Under the pieces are notes generated by a model, which did not search any database, was not told the origin of the DNA, and saw only the letters and a program-made list of their open reading frames with translations. From the human T2T-CHM13v2.0 reference genome, Homo sapiens: a DNA stretch of 64,000 bases. Numbering within the stretch: the first letter of the stretch is position 1; each line of letters opens with the position of its first letter. Positions 1 through 58,250 of this stretch are shown one piece after another. The DNA lies in NCBI RefSeq assembly GCF_009914755.1, contig NC_060925.1. The stretch is one strand, 5' to 3'. The position numbers were made by a program, and so were the translations under genes.

Positions 1-3000
1 TCCCTTCCTCTCTTCCACAGAGGCAGAGGCTCAGCGACTTCCCCACCCCTCCCCCCCATCTAACGGGTGCTTCTTGGGAGCCACTGAAATCCAGCCGACC
101 TCCTGGCCCTGAGTGGGTCAAGCTCCAAATGGCGGGTGGCCCCGGGGCATCTGCACAGCCCCCTGTTAGCTAAGGGGGGTGACTGATGAGGACATTCACA
201 CGCCAGTGGGGAGACTGTGGGGAAAACCGGGGTGTCTTCTAGGCTGGACCTGGGGGGGCCTCAGCCTTGTTGGGGGGTCTCCTCACATTGGGCCACTGTG
301 GCCGCACTCCATGACCACAGCCAGTGTCCCCAAAAGGCCTGTGAGGTGCTGGCTGTGACCTCCCCTCCCAACCTCTGACCCAGAGGTGGCGGCTGCCATC
401 TCGCCACGGCCCTCAACACCCCCCTCACACACTGACTCCTGACATCAGAGACCTGTAGCCACCCCCTGCAGGTGGTCCTCAGCATGGTCCCCAACTCCTG
501 CCCAGGGCAGCGGGCTGTGCACTCAGGCAGCTGGGGCCAAAGCCACCGAGGAACCAAGGCTGGGGTGGGGGTGGGTTTCTCTCCCGGAGAGCCGAGGTGG
601 GCGCAGAGCTGTTCCTGGGTGTTTGCTGGGATTGTAGTGACAGAAGGCCAGGGCTGCAGGAATCCAGGCTGCCAGAGAGAGACCAGGACTCAGGCAGAAG
701 CAGCAGCACCAGGCTGGTGCCACTGCCACCCCACCTGCATGCCTTCTCAGCAGCGGTGGGAGCTGTGTCTCCAAGCAGGATGGTACTGGAGTCTCCCCAC
801 CCTGCCTGTCTGGGATGCCCTCCCAGCCTGTTCCTGCTCCCGGCAGGCGCTGCTTTTCTCTCTGCTGTACCAGGATGAGGTGGGTGCCCTTGTCCCTCCT
901 CACTGGCACTCCCAGACTGCTTTCCTTTTCCACCAAAACCACCCCCGCTTTGTGACCAGACCTCACTGTGTTGAAGTCATCGGCACCCCTTTCCTGCAGG
1001 AGGGGACACCTGCTCCCTGTCACTCTCCCGGCCATGCCTTCAAAATCCACACCAGCAATTCTCCAACTTTGACTTCCTCTCTTTCAGGGGTCCTGTCCCC
1101 TCCCCACTTACCCCACTGGGTCCTTTCTCCCAACTGCACCCCTCCACGGTCCAGCCTCTCCACTCTCTCTGCCCCCCTCCCAGCTCCCGCCTCTGCTGTC
1201 CGCCAGCCCTGAGATCTCGGGCAGATGCACAGCCTGCATCTGCGGCTTCCTCCTCCCCTGTCTGTTCTCTCCTTATCAAGAGAAGCCTATCTGGCCGGCC
1301 ATTGTGTCTGCCCCTCACCCTCCCTCCTTCCTGTTCATGTGGGCAGACCACAGCCCGTGTGGAATCCCTACCTTCTTGGTGGCTTAAGCACCACCTGCCT
1401 ATTCTTTCCGTAGTGGGGATCAGGGCAGTGCCAGTGGCTTCCTGGGGCCTCTCACAGCCTGCGGCCCTGGGCCAAGGTCAGCTGGGTGGGAAGGGCCCAA
1501 GGGTAGCCATGCTGGACACCTGGGGCTGCTGTCCCTCAGCTGCCGGGCTCTCTGCCAGAGCCGTGCAGCCTGGAGTCCTACCCACTCTCAGTCAGCTTCC
1601 TCCTAACACATGGCCAGCGTTCCAGGAGGGCGAAGTGGAAGCCTAGGGACTCTTGAGGCCAGGATCCAGAACGCACATAGTAAAATCTCCACCACACTCC
1701 ATCGGCCAAAGCAAGTCACAGCAGCCAGATTCCAGAGGAGTCGAAGCACACACTGACCCCTCCTCCCCTCCACCGCCTGCCTCTGCCCTCCCCTCGCAGG
1801 GGCAGGGCTGCCTGATGAGCCCCCTGGGTTTATCTGCCCTGCTGGCCCTGGGAAGGCTGGGATGAAAGTGTCATTTAGTGGCAGGGACTTTAGGGAGCCT
1901 GGTATGGTCAAGCCCTAGCCCCCGCAGCAGTTCCCCCCGCAGCAGTGCCCCCAGGACAGCTGGGCCTGGGTCTCCAGTGGGTCGGAGTTTTCTGAAGCCG
2001 GCCGTGGGTCGACCTCGCACCCGGTGACTGCCCCAGGCGGAGGGGCATGCGTGGCCCAGCGCGGGGGCCCTGTCCGTGGCCGTGTGGGGTCAGGTGTCCG
2101 GCTCGGGGCTTCTGGGCCCCCTGCTCCCCAAAGGTGTGCAGCTCCCGCGTCCCCTGCCAGGTCCTTTAGGTCTAAGAGGGTCCCTCTTGTCCAGCGCACC
2201 AGGCTCCACGTACCCCCAACCCCTCCCCAGCTGGGTGCCTCCCCCTGGCTGGAACGGCAGCCCTCCCTGCTCATGGGCCTGCCCCTCCACTCTATCCTCC
2301 CTGACGCAGCCAGTGGCATGCTTCTAACCTGCAGATGCCCTCCCCAGGGGCCAAGCCCACCAGACACCAGGCAACTCTAAGTGGCCCACTGGGTCCACTG
2401 TGTGGAGTGGGACCCTCCGCCCTGTCTCAGGTCCTGCTGTCCCAGGAAGCCCTTACAGGGGGCTGCAGCTGGGGGGTGACATGCCTGCCGAGTGGGTGGG
2501 GAGGCTCCGGCCCGGTAAGATGGGATCCAGCAGTGCGAGACTGTGGCCCAGGTCAGATGGTGGCAGCTCGGCCTTCCTGGTCCCAGGTGGAGAGACAGGG
2601 TGAGGCTCCTCCCCATGGGATCTGGAGGGGAGGGGCTGCCTGTGTAATCAGCCCAGCCTCGGACGTCAACAATCCATGTTTCTTAGGAAAGGCGGCCAAC
2701 CCAGGGTCTCCAGTGACACGTTTCCGGGTCATCATCCGGTGGCCACAGGGAATCACAGGCTCGGTGTGACTTTCTCAGAGCGCCATGGTGCCCCTGTGGG
2801 GTTTCCCAGCCCATCCTGTCCTGTGGGACAGGCAGAGGCCCAGCCGTGTCATCGGAGTGACCTTTGAGCTCTAACCAAAGTCCACGTGTCATCAGGAGCC
2901 ATGAGTCACTCAGGTGCCATCCAGGGCGGCGGCTGAGGAGTGGTGACTGGCCAGATGGGAAGGCGGGGAAGGGTCTGGATTTGAATGAGAGCGAGGGAGT

Positions 3001-3451
3001 GGGCTGCAGGCTGGTAGACTCCTCCAGATGGATGAGGCCAGACCCCTGCAACAGCCATCCCGAGCAAGGCTCAAGCCTCCCTGAGAGTCCAGGGCGCCAA
3101 GTCAGCCCTGCACCTGGCCCGGGCCTCGGACCCCGACGGGGCTCACCCACCTGAGATCACCCTGGCTCTGCGGGAAGGCAGGAAGCTTTGGCATGATCCT
3201 CCACGGGCGAGGATCACGTAGAGACGTGTAGAGACGCGACGAAGCACGAAGACCCGTGTTTGACGGGTTGCCAGGTGCCTACATCAGAGCTCATTAAATT
3301 ACACATTAAATAGATGCACGTGTGTGTGTCAAGCTCCCCTAATTCAAGTTGTAGAAAATCAGACTCAGAGTTCTTACACTCGGGGGTGTTTTAGCAGCTG
3401 CGCCTCAAGATTCTAAATTCAAACGCACACGGAATAAAACATTTCGGTTTA

Positions 3452-4412
<961 letters not shown>

Positions 4413-4524
4413 TAAGGGAGGGGGCTCAAGCTTTTATCGTTATGGGACCTCCTGTGTCTATTATGCTTTCTTCCATGATCTTTGTTAGTATGTTAATGAC
4501 TTTGTTAATATATCCACACCTGCT

Positions 4525-7460
<2,936 letters not shown>

Positions 7461-7539
7461 ATAGATGTTTATGATACACTGTTGCATGAATGAAGCAGGT
7501 TACAAAACAGTGAAAGTATGGTGAGGCCTTTTCACCTTT

Positions 7540-8810
<1,271 letters not shown>

Positions 8811-8871
8811 CCAGAGTTCATTTTTGTAGAAAATAAAAGATAGGTCTCTTTTATTAAAAAACAATCTGAGG

Positions 8872-9187
<316 letters not shown>

Positions 9188-9462
9188 CACCAATCTGAGC
9201 AAATACTGCCCTAAACCGAGTGTTGTTATCTCTGGGTAGTTTGGAGTTCTTGTTTCTCAATTAACCATGGGGATGTTTTCCAAGTTTACTAATTTTGCAA
9301 GTTGGTAAATGGAAAATGAAACCATTAGTCCATGTGATGACAGCTTTAGTGCATCCTGTGAAGGATCTGGAATGCGCGATATTTAGGTGTTTCCAGGGTG
9401 TTGGGTGGGGGTGGGGATGCCGTCCGCTGTCCGGAGTCCCCACCACTTTTGCTTTTCCCTGT

Positions 9463-9604
9463 CTTTCGGTCATTCGGTTTTGTTTCTTCCGCTCACTCTG
9501 GGGCATGCCTCGGGAAAGGGAAACCGAAACTGAAGCCAAATTTGGCCACCAGCGCAGGCTCGGCGGCACGCCCCCTGACGTGTGTGCCTCAGGCTTAATA
9601 ATAG
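9463..9604 (+). promoter_or_regulatory. ISG15: ISG15 promoter: ISRE GGGAAACCGAAACTG (9518-9532), opposite-orientation IRF/ETS-like element (9463-9490), TGACGT (9576-9581), TATA-like TTAATAATAG (9595-9604)
   Basis: The classic ISG15 ISRE sequence reads directly ~175 bp upstream of the ATG. Confidence 0.93.
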
Positions 9605-9704
9605 GGCCGGTGCTGCCTGCGGAAGCCGGCGGCTGAGAGGCAGCGAACTCATCTTTGCCAGTACAGGAGCTCGTGCCGTGGCCCACAGCCCACAGCCCAC
9701 AGCC

Positions 9705-10609
<905 letters not shown>

Positions 10610-10647
10610 GGGCCTCCACCAGCATCCGAGCAGGATCAAGGGCCGGA

Positions 10648-10653
10648 AATAAA
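10648..10653 (+). terminator. ISG15: ISG15 poly(A) signal AATAAA
   Basis: AATAAA 39 nt after the stop, followed by GU-rich sequence. Confidence 0.9.
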
Positions 10654-11846
10654 GGCTGTTGTAAAGAGAAATGGCTGCCTCTGTGTCTGTGCTTGCCCCT
10701 CCTCCAGCGTCCGCCTCAGACCCCTGGTGATGGGGCGGGAGAAGTCAGGAGGGAGAACCCAGGGTCCATCCTGGTGACCAGGCCTGGGCTGCCAAGTGAA
10801 GGGATAAGGGTTTGCAGTTACAGCTTCGAGGGATCAAAATAGGGAGCCCCCCACCCCGAAACTGAAGACAGCTCTCCCCACCCTTTGGGAAATTAACTTC
10901 TAGGAAAAGAAAAAGAGACACAGTTGCTGGAGCCCATCCTGCCTGTCCTCCATCTGGGACAGCAGACGGCTTAGGCAGGGACCCGCCTGATCAGATCAAA
11001 AGGGGAGGCTCCCAGTGGGCCCCTGGGAGCAGTAAGGGGTGAGTCCTTGGGGCCTGCCCGGTGGGCTGTGAGGCAGGCTCTCCATAGGAACTGGGGGCTG
11101 GGGACCTCAGCCGTCCCTAGCCCAGCCTACACAGCCTGCTCCACCTGCCTGGGCTGGGCTAGGGAGGGGTAGAGACAGGTCCTGAGCACTCACATCACCA
11201 CTGGGGCCAGCTGCAGAAGACAGCCTGGGTGGCTAAGTACACCCCCTCAAGGCTGTGCGTGAAGGAGGGGCCGTGGCCAGCAGTGGAGGGCACCTGGAGT
11301 TGGGGCTGACACCGTCCAGGAAGCAGAGCTTGTCCCAGGTGGGGGGCCCCCAATTCAGTACAAGCTACAAGCTACACCCCTTCCCCCACCCATGCACCCT
11401 TCTCTGTCTCTCCTATTCCAATTCGCTAAATGAGTCTCCTAGAAGCCAGCTGTTGGCCGGGATGCAGGGAGGACGGGGCACGGATGTCGGCTGGGATGCA
11501 GCGAGGACGGGGCACAGAGGGACATGCAGAGTCCGGACTCTGGGCACTTGGGCCTCAGCTTTCAGAGCCCTCGGGAGGATCCGGCTGGAGACACAGAGTC
11601 CCCCCTGGTCTGTGGGGGTCCATATCCAGGTGGGGAGACCCCCATCTGGCTGCACCAGGACCACTGTGTGTGCCCGCATGTGCCCAGCAGGGGGTGTCCT
11701 GGCTCCAGCCTTGTGTCCGGGTCCCCACCTCACCCCTGTGTCACAATGGGCGAGTGAAGCACTTAGCCAGGGGCCTTTCCTGAACCCCCAACGGGGGCAG
11801 GGCAGGGCAGGGCCTCCTTTGTGGCTTCTGGCTCAGAGATCTGTAG

Positions 11847-13296
<1,450 letters not shown>

Positions 13297-15005
13297 TGTG
13301 TCCAGAATTGGTGGGTTCTTGGTCTCACTGACTTCAAGAATGAAGCCACGGACCCTCGCGGTGAGTGTTACAGCTCTTAAGTCGGCGCGTCTTCAGTTCG
13401 TTCCTTCTGATGTTCGGATATGTTCGGAGTTTCTTCCTTCTGGTGGGTTCGTGGTCTCGCTGGCTCAGGAGTGAAGCTGCAGACCTTGGCGGCGAGTGTT
13501 ACAGCTCTTAAGGCAGCGCGTCTGGATTTTTTGTTCCTCCCGGTGGGCTCGTGGTCTCGCTGGTTTCAGGAGTGAAGCTGCAGACCTTGGCGGTGAGTGT
13601 TACAGCTCATAAAAGCAGTGTGAACCCAAAAAGTGAGCAGTAGCAAGATTTATTGCAAAGAGCGAAAGAACAAAGCCTCCACTGTGTGGAAGGGGACCTG
13701 ACCGGGTTGCCACTGCTAGCACCGGCAGCCTGCTTTTATTCTCTTATCTGGCCCCACCCACATCCTGCTGATGGGTAGAGCCTAGTGGTCTGTTTTGACA
13801 GGGCGCTGATTGGTGCATTTACAATCCCTGAGCTAGACACAAAGGTTCTCCACGTCCCCACCAGATTAGTTAGATACAGAGTATCCACACAAAGGTTCTC
13901 CAAGGCCCCACCAGAGTAGCTAGATACAGAGTGTCCACTGGCACATTCACAAACCCTGAGCTAGACACAGGGTGCTGATTGGTGTATTTACAAACCTTGA
14001 GCTAGATACAGAGTGCCGATTGGTGTATTTACAATCCCTGAGCTAGACATAAATGTTCTCCAAGGTCTCACCAGAGTAGCTAGATACAGAGTGTCCACTG
14101 GCGCATTCACAAACCCTGAGCTAGACACAGGGTGCTGATTGGTGTATTTACAAACCTTGAGCTAGATACAGAGTGCCGATTGGTGTATTTACAATCCCTG
14201 AGCTAGACATAAAGGTTCTCCAAGGCCCCACCAGAGTAGCTAGATACAGAGTGTCTGTCTATTGGTGCATTCACAGACTCTGAGCTAGACACAGGGTGCT
14301 GATTGGTGTATTTACAATCCCTGAGCTAGACATAAAGGTTCTCCACGTCTCCACCACTCAGGAGCCCAGCTGGCTTCACCCAGTGGATCCCGCACTGGGG
14401 CTGCAAGTGGAGCTGCCTGCCAGTCCCGCGCTGTGCACCCGCACTCCTCAGCCCTTGGGTGGTCATGGGACTAGGCACGGTGGAGCAGGGGGCAGCGCTC
14501 ATCGGGGAGGCTTGGGCCGCACAGGAGCCCACGGAGGGGGTGGGAGGCTCAGGCATGGTGGGCTGCAGGTCCCCAGCTCTGCCCCGCCGGAAGGCAGCTA
14601 AGGCCTGGCGAGTAATCGAGTGCAGCGCCAGTGGGCTGGCACTGCTGGGGGACCCACTACACCCTCCGCAGCCGCTGGCCCGGGTGCTAAGCCCCTCATT
14701 ACTCCGGGCCGGCAGGGCCGGCCGGCTGCTCCAAGTGCGGGGCCCACCAAGCCCACGCCCACTCGGAACTCCAGCTGGCCCGCAAGAGCCGCGCGCAGCC
14801 CCGGTTCCCGCTCATGCCTCTCCCTCCACACCTCCCTGCAAGCTGAGGGAGCCGGCTCCCGCCTTGGCCAGCCCAGAAAGGGGCTCCCACAGTGCAGCGG
14901 TGGGCTGAAGGGCTCCTCAAGTGCCACCAAAGTGGGAGCCCAGGCAGAGGAGGCGTGAAGACCGAGAGAGGGCTGTGAGGACTGCCAGCACGCTGTCACC
15001 TCTCA
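13297..15005 (-). mobile_element. solo LTR12 (LTR12C-like, ERV9) with 4-bp TSD GCAC
   Basis: Minus-strand termini TGAGAGGTGACAGCGTGCTGGCAG...CCAATTCTGGACACA; GCAC at 13293-13296 and 15006-15009; tandem ~40-bp CCAAT/GATA units at 13800-14340. Confidence 0.92.
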
Positions 15006-15081
15006 GCACCATCTCAGCTCACTGCAACCTCCGCCTCCTGGGTTCAAGCGATTCTCCTGCCTCAGCCTCCCAAGTAGCTAG

Positions 15082-15388
<307 letters not shown>

Positions 15389-15519
15389 TAGACACAGTTC
15401 TGAAGGGACAAAGGGGGCCTCCGCTCCCTCCTTTCAATCTTCAGCTAGGCCAGGCTCCCACTTGGGTCCTCCAGCCCTCAGTTTCCCCCTGCACCCAGCC
15501 AGGCCAAGCTGCAGAGGCG

Positions 15520-51046
<35,527 letters not shown>

Positions 51047-52158
51047 GCTGGCACCAGAGCCCCGCGCCCGCTGTAATTATTTTCTATTTTTGTAAACTTG
51101 TTGCTTTTTGATATGATTTTCTTGCCTGAGTGTTGGCCGGAGGGACTGCTGGCCCGGCCTCCCTTCCGTCCAGGCAGCCGTGCTGCAGACAGACCTAGTG
51201 CTGAGGGATGGACAGGCGAGGTGGCAGCGTGGAGGGCTCGGCGTGGATGGCAGCCTCAGGACACACACCCCTGCCTCAAGGTGCTGAGCCCCCGCCTTGC
51301 ACTGCGCCTGCCCCACGGTGTCCCCGCCGGGAAGCAGCCCCGGCTCCTGAATCACCCTCGCTCCGTCAGGCGGGACTCGTGTCCCAGAGAGGAAGGGGCT
51401 GCTGAGGTCTGATGGGGCCCTTCCTCCGGGTGACCCCACAGGGCCTTTCCAAGCCCCTATTTGAGCTGCTCCTTCCTGTGTGTGCTCTGGACCCTGCCTC
51501 GGCCTCCTGCGCCAATACTGTGACTTCCAAACAATGTTACTGCTGGGCACAGCTCTGCGTTGCTCCCGTGCTGCCTGCGCCAGCCCCAGGCTGCTGAGGA
51601 GCAGAGGCCAGACCAGGGCCGATCTGGGTGTCCTGACCCTCAGCTGGCCCTGCCCAGCCACCCTGGACATGACCGTATCCCTCTGCCACACCCCAGGCCC
51701 TGCGAGGGGCTATCGAGAGGAGCTCACTGTGGGATGGGGTTGACCTCTGCCGCCTGCCTGGGTATCTGGGCCTGGCCATGGCTGTGTTCTTCATGTGTTG
51801 ATTTTATTTGACCCCTGGAGTGGTGGGTCTCATCTTTCCCATCTCGCCTGAGAGCGGCTGAGGGCTGCCTCACTGCAAATCCTCCCCACAGCGTCAGTGA
51901 AAGTCGTCCTTGTCTCAGAATGACCAGGGGCCAGCCAGTGTCTGACCAAGGTCAAGGGGCAGGTGCAGAGGTGGCAGGGATGGCTCCGAAGCCAGAAATG
52001 CCTTAAACTGCAACGTCCCGTCCCTTCCCCACCCCCATCCCATCCCCACCCCCAGCCCCAGCCCAGTCCTCCTAGGAGCAGGACCCGATGAAGCGGGCGG
52101 CGGTGGGGCTGGGTGCCGTGTTACTAACTCTAGTATGTTTCTGTGTCAATCGCTGTGA

Positions 52159-52164
52159 AATAAA
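52159..52164 (+). terminator. AGRN: AGRN poly(A) signal AATAAA
   Basis: AATAAA ~1.1 kb after the stop, followed by U/GU-rich sequence. Confidence 0.85.
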
Positions 52165-52384
52165 GTCTGAAAACTTTAAAAGCATTGCTTTTGTCCATCC
52201 TCACCAGCGCGCTGGCCCGTTGGCTTCTTGCTCCGCTTTGTGGTGGGAGCACGGACTTGGAGCTCCCTTGGGTGGCCCTGGATGGAGCCAGGCCCTGCAC
52301 AGGGATCCTTGTGGCTGATGAGGCCCTGAGTGGGGAGCACACATGCTGAGCACTGTGGGAGGCGGGGCCGTGGAGGCAGGAGGC

Positions 52385-52840
52385 TCTCTGGCGTGCACGT
52401 GTGGGTGTGTGTACGTGTGGGGGTGTGTGTGTGTGGGTGCGGGTACGTGTGGGTGCATGTGCCTGCTCTCTGGCGTGCACGTGTGGGTGCGTGTGGGTGC
52501 GGGTACGTGTGGGTGCATGTGCGTGTGGGTGCGTGTGCCTGCTCTCTGGCGTGCACGTGTGGGTACGTGTGGGTGTGGGTGCGTGTGCCTGCTCTCCGGC
52601 GTGCATGTATGGGTGCATGTACGTGTGTGTGGGTGCGTGTGCCTGCTCTCCGGCATGTACGTGTGGGTGCGTGTGCGTGTGGGTGCGTGTGCGTGTGGGT
52701 GCGTGTGCTTGCTCTCCGGCGTGCATGTGTGGGTGTATGTACGTGTGTGTGGGTGCGTGTGCCTGCTCTCCGGCGTGTACGTGTGGGTGCGTGTGCCTGC
52801 TCTCTGGCGTGCACGTGTGTGTGTGTGTGTGTGTGCCTGC
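52385..52840. repeat. GT-rich minisatellite downstream of AGRN
   Basis: Recurring GCTCTC(T/C)GGCGTGCACGTGTGGGTGCGTGTG units. Confidence 0.9.
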
Positions 52841-53102
52841 ACACATAATTGGCCCACATCTGTGTCAGAGCACAGGGTTGGGAGGAGGCTGCACCCAGGA
52901 CTGGAAGGGTCTGGGGGGAGCCAGGGTGCGTGGGGCTGTTGGGCAGCCTTTTCACTGGCCCAGGTGTGCAGAACCAACCCTTGGCACTGCTGGAAGCCCC
53001 TAACTAGAAACCCCTGGGGTAGTTGGGCTCCTGGACTCCCTCTAACCTGCTTCCTAAATTAGTGTGTGGGTGACAGCACTGCAGAAGCTGAGCCTCAGGG
53101 AA

Positions 53103-54599
<1,497 letters not shown>

Positions 54600-55129
54600 T
54601 CAGAGCAGCAGAGGCTGGACAGAGATGGGCAGGGCAGGTCCAGTGGGGCTGCGTGGGCCTGGGGAAGAGAGCTGGGGGTGCTGCCTGAGGAGCTGTGGGA
54701 GGCTCCTGGAGGGCTCCAAGCAGGAGGCCACCAGATTTCATGAAGACGCCCCTGGCTAGGACAGGGTGCTAGGCTGCAGGGGGAGCAGAGGGAGGGATTT
54801 GGGGGAGAATGGGCGGGTCGAGGGGGGTGAGAAGAGGCGCTCAGGGACGTGGAGATGGAGCTGGAGGCACCGGAGCTTTGGGTGGATTCGCCCTGATGCG
54901 TCTGGAGGGATGGCTGGGCTGGGGAAGCTGGGGTTCCCTGAGTGGGGTCCAGGGGGCCGAGGGGTGCCAGGCAGGGAGAGGCTGGGCTGAAGCCTGAGGC
55001 AGGTGCTCCTGCTGGGTGTTGCCTAGGAGAGGAGAAAAAGCCCCGACGCCAGAAATGGAGGAGGGAGGAGGACCTCGGAGGGTAGGAGGAGGGTGCGCAG
55101 AACCAGGAGAGGCAGTTTGGGGAGCAACC

Positions 55130-57740
<2,611 letters not shown>

Positions 57741-58119
57741 TCATGGAGGCCTTTAACAGAGACTGCGGTGAGGCCTCCATTCTAGAAAGAGCCCTGCAGC
57801 TGCCCTTTGTGGGGCAGAGGGGGCAGGACCGCCCTCAACCTTCCTCCTCCTCTGGACCAGCCATGGGGGCCGGAGCAAGGTCTGCCCAGGGCACAGCAAC
57901 CCCCACCCATTCGTGCACAGGTTATGATTCCACTGACAACCAGGCCGGGCCAGCGTGGGGCGGAGGTCCTAGAGCCAGCAGGCCCCACCTGGGTATCATC
58001 TATGCAGCCAGGAGATGCCCAAGAGCCAGGTGTCCAGAAGCCGCCCCTGTGTGGACAGCACAGCTGGGGAAGACAGAGGGCTGGGGGAGCCCCACGTCCC
58101 CAGTTCCTTCCTCTGCCGC

Positions 58120-58250
58120 CTCCCTCCCTCCCTCTCCCCCTTCCTTCCCTCCCTCCCTCACCACCATTCCCTCCCTCCCACATCCCCTTCCCTCCCCTCT
58201 TCCTTCCCTCCCTCTCACACCCCTTCCCTCCCTCCCTCCCTCCCTCCCTC
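58120..58250. repeat. (CCCT/CCTT)n polypyrimidine low-complexity tract
   Basis: Read directly. Confidence 0.85.

Noticed and set aside
261-1413. 246-aa ORF and neighbours at the window start
   Set aside because: No recognisable domain, start context or splice pattern; partly an old LINE-like pyrimidine-rich sequence.
10898-10906. GAS-like TTCTAGGAA downstream of ISG15
   Set aside because: Single 9-mer without supporting context.
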